Shown here piece after piece: positions 1-13,337 of a stretch of DNA of 64,000 nucleotides (its first letter is position 1; every line of letters begins with the position of its first letter). The notes below the pieces were generated by a model. The model ran no database searches. It saw only the letters and a program-made list of their open reading frames with translations, and had not been told where the DNA came from. This DNA comes from Bugula neritina (taxonomy: Eukaryota; Animalia; Bryozoa), in the NCBI GenBank assembly GCA_964035545.1, contig OZ037767.1:21282628-21346627 (forward strand), read 5' to 3'. The translations under genes and the position numbers were made by a program.

Positions 1-896
1 CATGCTAACTCACCGAATTGCCCGCGTCTATTTGCATCTCAGGTTTTGTTAATGTTTACACCAAATAGACCTACACATGCCTCAAGTACTCTTCTTCAGT
101 ATTTCTGACCTGACACAAATTTTTTTTGAGAACTGACTACTTTTGTAGACAAAGGTTGAGAAACATTTTGAGGAAAATTTGTGATTTCTACTTTTAGACT
201 AATCTATAAACGTCTATATCTCAATCATTTTTCTAGACTGAGCCTTAAAATTTGCTGTGTGATTTGATAACACCTATCAATTTGCACTAGTAGCAACACA
301 TACTACAGAATACTTTGTGTGCATATATGCAAAGTCATTGAATATGAACAAAACTTTGTAAATTTTGAAAAATTTCAAATACTCGCCTAATCAAATTTTA
401 AATTACTTATAAATTGGTCTAAAAGTATAAATCACAAATTTTCCTCAAAATATTTTCCAACCTTTGTTCACCAAAGTAGTAATTTCTCAAAATGTTTTTG
501 TGTCAGACCAGAAATATTCACGAATAGTAATCTGAACATGTGTAGGTCCATTTAGTGTAAATATGAGCAAAATCTGAAACACATGCAAAGACGTGAGACC
601 CCTTGAAAGTTGGTTGATTTGGTATGGAATGACCCTATAGTATCACTGTAGAAAATAAAAGAGGTTCACCACTGTCAACACTGCCCCTGGTAGTTAGACC
701 CTAAAAGTGACTTCTATTTATTTCTTGTGAGAACAAAAGTAATTGTAATTGTAATTAATTACATTGCCATGTAATTGTAATTGTAATTAATTACATTTAT
801 TTTTAACTGTAATTATAATTGTAATTGTAATTGACAAATCTTCATGTAATTGTAATTGTAATTAATTACATTTACATGTAATTGACCCCAACCCTG
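1..896. mobile_element. Non-autonomous hAT-like DNA transposon, copy A (left end outside window)
   Basis: Near-identical to 53014-53905. Ends in (GTAATT)n subterminal repeats and the terminus AATTGACCCCAACCCTG, which matches the TIR of copy B. Confidence 0.85.
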
Positions 897-1580
897 CTAT
901 ATACTGTACTATACTATGCTATATACTGTACTATACTATACCATATACTGTACTATACTATGCTATATACTGTACTATACTATACCATATACTGTACTAT
1001 ACTATACTGTACTATATACTGTACTATACTATACCATATACTGTACTATACTGTACTATACTATATTATACTATATACTATACTATACTGTACTATATAC
1101 TGTACTATACTATACCATATACTGTACTATACTGTACTATACTATATTATACTATATACTATACTATACTATACCATATACTGTACTATACTATACCATA
1201 TACTGTACTATACTATATTATACTATATACTGTACTATACTATACTATATACTGTACTATACTGTACCATATACTGTACTATACTATACCATATACTGTA
1301 CTATACTATACCATATACTGTACTATACTATATTATACTATATACTGTACTATACTATACTATATACTGTACTATACTGTACTATACTATATTATACTAT
1401 ATACTGTACTATACTATACTATATACTGTACTATACTATACCATATGCTGTGCTATACTATACTATATACTGTACTATACTACACTATACTATATGCTGT
1501 GCTATACTATACTATATGCTGTGCTATATTATACTATATACTATACTATACTATACTATATGCTGTGCTATATTATACTG
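897..1580. repeat. Pentamer-based satellite (TATAC/TGTAC) in an intron of COLGALT-like copy 1
   Basis: Direct tandem repetition; source of the spurious Y/T/I/L ORFs at 882-1699. Confidence 0.95.
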
Positions 1581-1734
1581 AATTAGGCTGTACCAAACAT
1601 TTATTATTAAATATGCTTTTTCTCTTGTTTATGTTGAAAAACCTCGATTTTTATTGTATCACATATCATTATATTATTTCATATTGCAATAATATATAAA
1701 ATTCACTCAACTCATTGTAATAATATATACTCAC

Positions 1735-2863
1735 TATAATATAATCATGTTGTTTAGCTGATAGTAGTGCTTCTTCTCTCAGACTAAGTATGACATCGTC
1801 ATGAGTGAGAGAAGACGACTCTTTAGTCCTACCTATATTATATCGTGGCTATACAATCTCACACCGACATTCTTGAACCAGTAGCTCTATAGACACTGTC
1901 TCTGCACACAACACGATGTCACAACTATTATTGTTATACCCTTGCTATATATTCGTTCAAGACACTGAGATACAAACTTACCTTCAAAGAGCTGGTAGTC
2001 TATGTTACTGTAGAGGTCATTGACGTTACTTGTCCATTCTTCTATGATCTCTATAGCTCTGCTTGCCTTCTTTTCTACTCTAACCCTGCACCAACAATTC
2101 AGCTTAGTTTTTAAATAGATAACTCTATATACTCTATCATTACAAGAATGTGTTATATTATTCTTTATTGTGCATTTCGTAAGCTTTGTGTAATTGAAGA
2201 GTTGGCTTTCTGACGAAATGTTTTAGCTCCCCAAAAGAGGCACTTTAAACGCCAAGCATGTGACATGCAGTAGGGGCATGTTTCTTACCAGCTTCTTTTG
2301 GACCAAGCCAAATACCACAAAGTTTTTATACATGCTTTAATATGCAACACTTTTTCATGAATATGTATAATAGACAACATGGGAGAACTCTAAGTTAATA
2401 TTCAATTCAACTCCCAATTTTCAAAATCATTGCTTAAGCTGCTGATTGTGTCCTATGCAAACTGTATCAGGTGTAGGGTCTCTGTATATATCATGGCTAA
2501 GTTCCTTACACTTTATTAAACTCACCATAGAGTTATCTTCTCTTTAGGATATGTAAGTCTGTCCAGAGTTCCCAGGAAATATGGAAGAATACATGCAGAA
2601 ATGTCTTCTACTATGAAAGCTACGACTACTTGGTAATCATTTTCAATACGCTGAGTTGTTACAGTGTGTGTTGAGAGGCAAAGCAGACTCTGTAGTAACA
2701 AATATATACACATACATATATTATACTGTGTGTGTGGGTGCGTGGGACATGGCGACATATAATAAAAGCCTTCTCTATTTTATTGGTTTATCTACTAGCA
2801 TTGAAGTTACAATATACCAAATCACTAATCCTAACTTACCAACAACAGCCATGGAATGCTCAT
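1735..2863 (-). CDS. Procollagen galactosyltransferase-like (GT25/COLGALT family) paralog 1, 5' exons only; continues beyond left edge
   Basis: Exons 2840-2863 (MSIPWLLL), 2526-2689 (SLLCLSTH...ILPYFLGTLDRLTYPKEKITLW), 1982-2085 and 1735-1832, all GT-AG and in frame. Internal exon sizes (164/104/98 nt) are the same as in paralog 2. Confidence 0.75.
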
Positions 2864-3021
2864 GCTCCCAGTCTGTCTCTTACCATCTATCCTTATATAG
2901 AGTCAGTACTTGGACAAAATCTTCTGATGTCAAAAACAAGTCAAATCATAATATAATATGCTAATAGAAAGGTGAAAAATATTAATTCACGTTTTATATA
3001 TTGTAAGAAATTTTTGACAAG

Positions 3022-3475
3022 TATAGATTATCTACAGAGTATATACAGAGTATCTACAGAGTATCTACAAATTATCTACAGAGTATCTACAGAGTATCTA
3101 CAAATTATCTACAGTGTCTACAGTGTCTACAGAGTATCTACAGAGTATCTACAGAGTATCTATACAGAGTATCTACAGAGTATCTACAAATTATCTACAG
3201 TGTCTACAGAGTGTGTACAGGGTGTGTACAGGGTGTCTACAGAGTATCTACAAAGTATCTACAGAGTCTACAGTGTCTACAGAGTATCTACAGAGTATCT
3301 ACAGAGTATCTACAGAGTATCTACAGAGTGTCTACAGAGTATATACAGAGTATCTACAGAGTATATACAGGGTGTCTACAGAGTGTCTATCAGAGTATCT
3401 ACGGAGTGTCTACCGAATAATTACAGTTGTTCACCATATACACTACCTACGGAGTATATACAGACTGTTTATGGA
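3022..3475. repeat. 11-bp minisatellite (TATCTACAGAG)
   Basis: Direct tandem repetition. Confidence 0.95.
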
Positions 3476-4434
3476 AAGTGTATGAACCACCATTTGGTTT
3501 ATTGGTCTCAACACCAGGTTCACTAATAACGAGGATAGAACTGAACAATCAGCACAATGCCCTCCTTATATATTTTCGTGCCAAGCTAATTTAGTAAACA
3601 CAATGGAGGAATTACAGGTACATTATTTTAGGTGTAATAACTTCAGATGTTTTCATGTGGGCTAAACTGTTGATGGCAAATAAAATATGTCGAGAATTAA
3701 TTCACAAAGTTTATTGAATAAATATTTTTGATTAGGACATCAGCTCCAGACTGCTTAACAAAATAGTTGACTGTTTAGTGTAGAAGAGAAGTACTACAGG
3801 TCACAGGACATGAAACACTTCACATGCACATCTAACACTAAAACAGATTCACTTACAGTATCTTTCTTATTCTTACAGCCAGTCTACAATAGAATGCACC
3901 CTGTAAGTTATCATTATATGAATACTTGTATCCTAGCTTCTAGCATGCACTGTATGTAAAGTGAAAAGCGTTCAAAACTTCTGACTTCAGAGCTGTACTT
4001 TGAAAGCAGCTTTGCAAGTGCATAAAAAGCTACAAAGAACCAGAAGTGTATTGAACACTTTTGAAGTATAAAATTATGTGTATAAAGCTGGTGTTTCTAC
4101 TAGCAGTTGTCACTAATAACTCTAGTAGCAGTTAACTGGCAGTTTTCACTAGTAACTCTGCTGGCAGTCGTTGCATCCCTCTTTAATTTGCTACTGAAGT
4201 AATATATTAAGAATCAGATTTGATTTTCAATAAAACTTATTTTTATTGATAATTAACACCGATTCACCAGATTAAATACATGGGTATATTACTGAGCAAA
4301 AAGTTGAGACTAGTTCACTTTGGTCATCTATAAAACGGAGAAGACAAAATTTGTTTTTATTTAAGTCGGAGTATTGCAGTGCTGGGGTAAAAGTTCAACA
4401 CATCGTCAGGTCAAAGTTCAAAGTAGATTCTGGA

Positions 4435-7400
4435 TTAAAGTTCATCATGCTCCGGGACTTCAAATGATGTGTCAGATACAAAATTATCATCTCCTGGGAA
4501 TAGAGCTGGGAATATTAATCTAGGGCTAGCAGATAGTGCTACCAGATTACGGGGAGAGAACTGATTTTTCCATTCTTCGCTAAAACAAATAAGATCCCAG
4601 GCTATACAGGAAAAGATAACTTTATACACACAGTATAGCATTATATTATTTGTAACTTGTTTTAGACAGCCAGCTACTAACAAGACACTAATAGTTTACT
4701 ATTGGCTGGTAAGAGGCACTGAATAATATAAGAGTCCCAGTGATGAAACAGCACAGTGCAGGTACAATATTATCTTCTCACAGTAAAGCAAGCTCAACTA
4801 GTCAACTGACAGAAGTTGTGGAATCAATGGATTAAAATAACAACTTTGGTCTCACAGAATAACAATTGTACAGGAATAGTGAATATTATATAGTAAGAAT
4901 CTAATGACATTGTAACTTACTTAGCATGCATATCGTACAAGATATTCAAGTATATATCAGAAGGCAGCATCTTAGACAGCGGCTTATGAGAAAGAACTTT
5001 GTCTATTCCTCTATCTGAAAGAGCATAGGCTACGGTCCAGTAGCTGTAGCCTGGGCTCACCAAATGTTCTAGTCCCTCAATGTCACTTGTTTTGAGTACA
5101 GTTTCATCAACAGGTGAACGACCTAGATATCTAGAACGGTCAAGTAAATACCTGTTTATATACTTACAGTATATGCAGAGAGTAGGTTACCAACTTACAG
5201 TAAATACGTTTTTGTACTTACAATAAACTACAATATGTACTTACAGTAAGTCCCAGTTGCCATTAAGAGACTTCATTTCAGCGCTGACTAGTTTGTACTG
5301 ACTCAACATGTCTGGCACAGGCTCTGCGTCGTCCTCAAGTATTAATATACTTTTGTAGCCTTTCTCCCTAGCCTGTCAAATGTATTACTCAATATACACC
5401 ATCTTCCCATCGCCTACTCTACTCACAATGCATCATTGTATCACCCGATCTGCTAGCTCTAAACTTAAGAGATAGCCATAATTCCTATCTAGTAGCCAGC
5501 TAGAAAATAGTGCTTTCTAAGTGTGCCAACAGATAACTGCAGCTAAAAGAGTTGCGTACTGAGTAGCCTATATGACAATGTTCACCAACCTCCTCCCAGA
5601 TGAAGTAGTGACTGAGGAAGCAGCCAATCTCTCCCCTTGTAAGGTAAGTTCTGTCATCGTAAGGCTCCTTGTAGCCAGGTAGAGTGCTGACTTGCAGGTG
5701 GGCCAAGTATGAGTCATTCAGCTGCCTTTATGATACACATACAATGTCTCTATACAACAATGATATTTCTATATAACAATGATATTTCTATATAATAATG
5801 ATATTTCTATATTATACTACAATGATATCTCTATACTACAATGACATCTCTATACAATGATGTCTCTATACCACACTGATATCTCTATACAACAATGATA
5901 CCTCTATACCACAATAATATTTCTATATTACAGTGTATCTCTATACAACGATGATGTATCTATACCACGATAATATAACTCCAGATAAGAGAGCTGCTAG
6001 GAGGGTTTGGGTTACTACAGACAGATGCCATCTACTTACTTTCCATCGACAGCATCAAAGAATTGATAGTTCTGTAGTCCCAACTCATACACTATATGCT
6101 CCATAAACACTCTCCTCTGTGCACGTTTCTTCAGGTTGATAATGTATACCTGACATAAAATAAAAATAGGTGAAGGTCAACTCTACAGCTTAACATGTAC
6201 GAGAACAGCATATAATCCCATGATAAATACTATATTGCTACTGTTCACAGTATAATAATTTACTGTATCATTGAACCATGCAACAGAGACAGTTTTATTG
6301 TAATAAAGCCTCAAACAGTACGAACTTGAATACGTTCCATAACTTGTTAAAACTGCTTTGCAAAGTTGAAGCTGTTCTTTTGATTAAAGCCGATTCATTT
6401 TTCAGTGATGGAAGGATTAGTAGTTGTTGTGATAGAAAAAATGATATTACTCTTCAATTATAACCTTTGCTAAATATGTAGCACTTTGATTTATAGTTTA
6501 AATTAGTTATCTCATATTTAATTAATTGTTATTTTCTACTTCTGTTATTTCATATTACCACAAATTTGAAGTAATGGTTAGGAAGAGAATTAAACTTCCA
6601 GGTTAGAAAGTCATATTGACCCTAGAGCCTATAATAATATAATGGTTAAAACTTTTTTTAGATCTATAACAAATTATAAAACAAAAAAAATTTTTGTATT
6701 TTTAAACAAAACAGTAATAAAACCGATTTTCACATTCTGGCTGCAAGCTGACGGCAAACAAGAAAGTGAATTGAAAATTAAATAAAAGTGAATTTAGCTA
6801 AAATCAAAGGGCAGTTTTTACCAACCACAAAACAACAGACAGGAAGTTCTATAACAGACCATGACGCACTGTAAGCAACTAGTGAAATATGATCGTACCA
6901 TGTCAAAGTCTTTAGATATCTGTGATGGTTTCCTGGTCACATGTTCAGAGGGCAGAATACTGGCAGAACTCCCTGAAATTGTTGTATGAAGTTTAGACTA
7001 TAGTTTAGAGTATAGACTATAGTTTAGACTTTAGAGTATAGACTACTCATGCATCAAGTTATGTAATATATACTGCAGATAGCACCTACTTACATATCAA
7101 GTAAATTATTATATACTGCAGATAACATCTACTTACATATCGATTTCCGCAGTTTATATTGCAGGTAAGGTTTTCTCTCGTCCTCTCCGTTTTCAAACCA
7201 ATCTGCCGGTGGATAGATTTCACCGTATTTTTTGTTGTTACAAACCATTATGTTGGCTCCTAAAATATGGTTTAATATATTACAAATAATAAACTAGACA
7301 AGTTTATATTAATAGTAACATAATAATATAACAATATAATACTAACAATATAATATAATAATATTTTATAGCAATTAAATATAATATCTTACCATTGTTG

Positions 7401-10400
7401 AAAGCAGATTTAGAAAAGCCAACCATGTTGAAGTTTTTATTAACTTCCTGCTGTTTGAATAAAGTGTGGTTGAAACTGAGGCTAGTGTAGACTGGGCTTT
7501 TAACATCAACCATGAAGAAGCTGTGAACTAAAGAAACCCTGAAGCAACCTTTGACGCTTCTTTCGGAGATTCCAGTCGAAGTCTCAGTTATTACCTGACC
7601 ACCCTGTAACACATCACATGACCACCCTGTAACACATCACATGACCACCCTGTAACACATCACATGATCACCCTGTAACACATCACATGACCACCCTGTA
7701 ACACATCACATGACCACCTTGTAGCACACCATTTGACTTCTCTTTCTAATGGATACAACACCAAGTACAGTGGACAGCATTTCAGTTGTTGTGGTAATTT
7801 CTCTACATGTTTACAGTTCAACAGTTACCTCGTCAGATATATCCTCCCAAAAGTTGTAATAATCTAGTTGCTCTTCATCTTCTCTACTCCCAACGTTCAA
7901 CATTGGCGCAATTACTTCAGCCCTGCAAATATTTGAACAGCACAATGCAACTCAATTAGTAATAGTATTGTCAGTGCGCAACAGAACCGGAGTTTCTAAT
8001 AATGGTATCACCTGTAAAAATTAAACTTAGGGACATATGGATAGTATTTTCAATTGTGTGCAATAGAATCTGAGTTCATAGTAATATTACCTTTGCACAA
8101 TGGATGAGTCTATAAGATCATCAATAAATTCGAGATTCTCAATCGCCAGATCCGGTTCTATAAACTGCAAGTAAATGGAACGTTTGATAGATGTTGGAGT
8201 TACTTTCTTAATTAGGAGACTAACAGCTATAAAGTATGATCAAAGCCAAACACTTTCCTATAAGGTATATATAAGCAAATGCTGAAACACACTTAGAGGA
8301 AAAAAACCAAGCAAGCCGGTCATTTAATAGATTACCAGAGTTTTTAAATGCAGTAACTTCCACATTATGCTACAGAATGATTTTAGCTTTATCTGTGTTC
8401 CTGAATTCAATATGCATATAATTATATTCTACATTATATCTTAACATTGCATCGTATTATAATGTATTATATTACATTAAGTAATATAAGGTAATAGTTG
8501 TATGATATTCTAATATGTTGTGATACATAATAATCTTATAGTACTTTATATTGTAATAACTCACTATAATATAATCATGTTGTTTGGCTGAAAGAAGTGC
8601 CTCTTCTCTCAGACTAAGTATGACATCATCGTGAGTGAGAGAAGATGACTCTTCAGTTATACCTACAGAGAGACGGCTGTAGTGGTTACATAAGAAATAC
8701 ACATATAATAATATAGACACCTGCATAATAAGTCTAACTGAGCTGTAAAACATGTGTTAGCACATCAACTGCTTGCTTTCTTATATACTGAATAACTACG
8801 TCATTAGGTCAATGTAACAGCAGCCAACCTTTAAATATTGCATAGTCCACATTATGATACTGATGTCTCACAGCCTCAGTCCACTTATTGATGTCTTCAA
8901 TGGAGCTCGTGCTGTTTGCATCAACTCGTATCCTAAATATAGGGACACACACTTTGTATTCATTAGCTTTCAGTTTTTAGCTAATTAGTGTAATTGAAAT
9001 AGCCAAAAGAATATACATGATGCTTAAATGTTTGGGCCAACACAAACTCTGATACTAATATCTTTAGAAATTTTCAACTGCTTATAGTAAACAGTACGGA
9101 GCTGCCTTGTAAAAGAGAATATTGTTGACTGTGGCTGCATTCAATTATCAAGTATGAAACTGAAACTAACATGCAAGCAAGCAAAATTTTCTACACTCTG
9201 TAGCATTTTTCTCAGAACTCGGCGTCAATGATATGAAATAAAGAATATACGAGGGTGGTTCAAAAAGTAACGCCTGTTGTGTAAGATCAGAGAATTTTTA
9301 TTTTCTGAATACTTAAACTATATATCAAAATGATCAGCAACAACTTAGGAACACACTTTATTTCTCAATATAGTCTCCTCCATTGTCCACAGCTGCTGTC
9401 CATCGTTTTATGAGAGCATGTATTCCTGCCTCGTAAAAGGAGGATGGTTGTGAGCGCAGCCAAGACCGTACAGCCGTTTTAACTTCTTTGTCAGTAGAGA
9501 ATCGCTGCCCTCTAAGTCCTTCCTTCATCGGACCAAACAAATGAAAGTCTGATGGAGCCAAGTCAGGGCTGTATGGTGGATGAGGCAATGTGGTCCACCC
9601 ATGACGGGTGATTTCCTCTCTTGTTCTCAAACTTGTGTGAGGACGGGCATTGTCGTGCTGAAGGAGCACGTTAGCCACGTTGACATTTGGTCTGCAACGC
9701 TTAAGTCTGGTTTTCAACTTCTTTAGAGTCTCAATGTAGGCTTCAGAATTCATGGTAGTGCCTTTGGCCATAAAGTCAATCAGTATCACACCCTGATAAT
9801 CCCAAAACACAGTAGCCATCACCTTGCCAGCGGATGGCTGAGATTTGAATTTCTTCTTTCTGGGTGAGTCTGCATGTCGCCATTCCATTGACCTTCTTTT
9901 GCTTTCTGGCTCATAATGATGAACCCAAGTTTTGTCACCAGCGATAATCCTTTGCAAAAATGTCTCATCTTCTGCATGCATGCTGAGAAGCTCACAACCA
10001 TCCTCCTTTTACGAGGCAGGAATACATGCTCTCATAAAACGATGGACAGCAGCTGTGGACAATGGAGGAGACTATATTGAGAAATAAAGTGTGTTCCTAA
10101 GTTGTTGCTGATCATTTTGATATATAGTTTAAGTATTCAGAAAATAAAAATTCTCTGATCTTACACAACAGGCGTTACTTTTTGAACCACCCTCGTATAT
10201 AAAAAATTGCATCGTTAAAATGGAACTTTTTTAGTTTTATAAAAGGGATTTTCTCTTATTTAAAAGGTGTAGAAATGGTTTGATTTAAATCAATTAATAC
10301 ACGCAGATCAGTACATGCAGATCAGTACATGCAGATCAGTACATGCAGATCAGTACATGCAGATCTATACATGCAGATCGATACATGCAGATCAATATAT

Positions 10401-13337
10401 GTTGAACTGCTGTAGAAGAGGTTGTGAACGTACCAGGCATATTATGCTAGAAAGAATAGAACGTGTCAAGGTCAATTTTAACTGAATAAAATATAATGTT
10501 CAGGAACCTACACCACACTAGCTTATTTAAAAATTTACTAGGAATAGTTATTACCCACATAGTCCAAGTGTGATATATTATCTTCGTGAACTATATCTAA
10601 TAAAAATTTGTGCAATAACTACAAGATAATATTGTTATAAGAATACATTTTACTAAACTCACCATAGAGTTATCTTCTCTTTAGGATATGTAAGTCTGTC
10701 TACAGTTCCCAGGAAATATGGAAGAATACATGCAGAGTTTTCTTCTACTATGAAAGCTATGACTACCTGGTAATCATTTTCAATACGCTGAGTTGTTACA
10801 GTGTGTGTTGAGAGGCAAAGCAAACCCTGCAGTAATAAATATATATACCAGATAATTTGACAGTCATCATAGCATCAGTGAGCACATCACATATAAAATG
10901 TCAAAAAACTTCAGTACTTCTACAAACAAGAGCACACTATGCAAGCTTTGTATTGCAGCTAAGTGTGAACTTGGCGCTATGAATAATACAAAAAAAAGAA
11001 AATTTTGTAAAAAAATATATGCAAAAGCATTTCGTTTACATTTAACCCACACACCCAGCATGTATGTAATTTGCATAAAAAGCATCAAGTATTAACTTCC
11101 AGTAGTACATCAGTTGGTATAGTCTGACCTGCCAGAAGTCTTCTTCCACCTGCAGTAGATGGAGATGAGTTGCAGGAGTAAGGTGCTTATGAACACATTA
11201 ACTTGTTGACCAATATGGCAACTATACGCGTATGCATGTGTTATCATTCGTTGATCATGACGGGTTGCAAATGCAACAGCTATGAACGGATTATTCTATT
11301 ACTCAGTACATTACAGATCCTCGTTAAATTGTAACTAGAAATTTATCATTTCTATTACTTATCAGAAATAAATTATCATGATTTGGAAGGCATATGTTAC
11401 ACATCCTATTACCAATCAGAATGACTTATAGAGTAGATTGCATTATTTATTGCTGTTTTACCATACATGCAGTCATAATTGCTTCAATTGCTTGAGTGAA
11501 AACTTTACTCTGGATAACATTGTATTTAGAGTCGTTCTAGATTTTTATTAGCTATGAATGAATCTCAATCTGAGTATGGGACTTGAAAGAACCAAGTATG
11601 TTAGTAACAAGTCTTGAACTGAGTATATGGTACTTGAAAAAGCCAAGTAGCGAAATATTATAAAACTTAATTTTTCAACAATGCAGGAATAATGATTGAT
11701 TTATTGGTATCATCAAAGACTTTTGTTTCAATGTGCCATATTATTGGACCAAAAATAGACGATCGACAAATTTTTCGTCTTAAATTTGCCAGTTATGGCA
11801 ATAAATGGAAGAGGAAGTAGAATATATAGGAAGGCAAAAGTATTTTGCAAAAAAAGTATAGACAGTTCACCAAATATTTCTCTCAGGGTAAAATGATCAA
11901 ACATATATAACTATAGTTAGTACTGCTAACTCATGGCACCTGATTACATCTGGTTTATTGTAGTTGGTAGCAAAAAGGCTGCACATACTGGATAAGTTGA
12001 GAAACAAAAGGCAATTGATAACCAATCATAGATTTATAAATTGAAGAGGAAAGAAAAAGATAATGAGGAAAACAGTTGAATTACTTTAACTAAATTTGTT
12101 TCAGTATAAACAGAGGAGTACTTGGTTCTCCATAATACAATCATACTGACTAACATCTGAACATGCAGAACATGTATTGACATGTACATATATTCTCCGT
12201 GAACAAGACTAGCTAAGTGAAACAGTATTTTACAGAATTGACTAATTCAAGATCAAAGATTAGCTAATTTGAAAGATGTGAAATTACATCTAATTTAAAA
12301 AAATATTACAGGCTGCGCTTCTTGTATGGATATATCCGAAAGTCAAAAGCTTTTCTACTTCTACTGAGGTACAAAATACTGAACTACTTGTATGAAGTGT
12401 AGCATGTTGTGTTGAATGTTGTGTAAAGGGTTGTATATTGTGTTGTATGTTGAGCTGTATTGTATGTTGTGTTGTATGTTGTGTTGTATATTGTGTTGTA
12501 TGTTGTGCTGCGTGTTGTGTTATATGATGTATTGTATCACGATCATGAGGTGGAAGTAGGATATAATGTTGGAGAATTTCCATTAGACTACTACATATTT
12601 TTAGCGCTACTAAAATTAGAATAGCTCTTAGAACTTCCACAAAACACTGAATTCTATTTGACAAGCAAAATATTAATAAAGAAATATAAAATTAACTGTC
12701 AAAAAAAAATGTCTTTTTAAAATCAAACAACATGGATTTTTTGCAACAATTGCCAATTCCGATGTCTGTTGGAAAAAGGCTGTCTTACACGTCATATTTT
12801 ACACAGTTGGTAGCACGCTATAACAAATATATTTAAGCATAACATGTGTACCATATTCTACTTTTTTATATTAAACTTATAACGCACTCAGAAGTATGAA
12901 AACTAAAACTATCGTAGCTAAACAACATATATATACTACATTCATCTTTACTCTTACGGTAACATTTACAATTGTAGTGTCTAAATTCGTTTTGCTTCTG
13001 GTAGAACAGCATTGCAGCTTTTTTCAATATAAAAACAGAAACAACAGATGGGCATATCTTATTATACACTATAACTACAACATAAAACTATGTAATGCAA
13101 AACTATAAAGCATTGCTGAATGCTAACTCAAACTGATAAATACTCATCATCTAACATTCAGAACCCCTTCTTACCAGCAGATTTGCTTTCAGATATCTTC
13201 CTAGGATTATCTTATGTATAATTAATCTAGAAATAATATATTACTAATTATAATAAGCAAACGGTAAAGTACAACACAGCAATGAGACTTACCAAAGCAA
13301 TAAATGACCACAGCATACTCCTGGCAGCACTAAGCAT
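4435..13337 (-). CDS. COLGALT: Procollagen galactosyltransferase-like (GT25/COLGALT-CERCAM family) paralog 2, about 14 coding exons, ER-luminal
   Basis: Signal-peptide exon 13293-13337 (MLSAARSMLWSFIAL) splices to 10663-10826, 8829-8932, 8565-8662, ~8091-8164, ~7829-7922, ~7393-7604, 7137-~7259, ~6899-6972, ~6041-6149, ~5590-5725, 5245-~5372, ~4921-5130 and 4435-~4580. Motifs: VIAPML..YNFW, GCFRVSLVHS, VYIINLKKR, FDAVDGK, LTRGEIGCFLSHY, ILEDD, WDLLYLGR, YSYWTVAYALS, C-terminal HDEL. Confidence 0.85.
7597..7730 (-). repeat. 23-bp minisatellite containing the 3' splice site of a COLGALT exon
   Basis: Minus-strand unit ATGTGATGTGTTACAG|GGTGGTC, 5 full copies plus 1 degenerate copy. Confidence 0.85.
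9250..10195 (-). mobile_element. Mariner-derived fold-back element with 206-bp perfect inverted arms and TA target-site duplication
   Basis: 9250-9455 is the exact reverse complement of 9990-10195; TA at 9248-9249 and 10196-10197. Confidence 0.95.
9358..9981 (-). pseudogene. 5'-truncated mariner transposase (DD34D catalytic domain, no N-terminal HTH)
   Basis: Motifs IIAGDKTW, LLQHDNARPH and PPYSPDLAPSDFHLF, with 34 residues between the 2nd and 3rd Asp. Confidence 0.9.

Noticed and set aside
882-1699. Long ORFs of 221-234 aa, and similar ones at 2972-3526, 18545-18964, 20335-21402, 50541-50975, 57920-58453 and 59525-59884
   Set aside because: These are translations of stop-free tandem repeats with low-complexity periodic peptides, mostly intronic.
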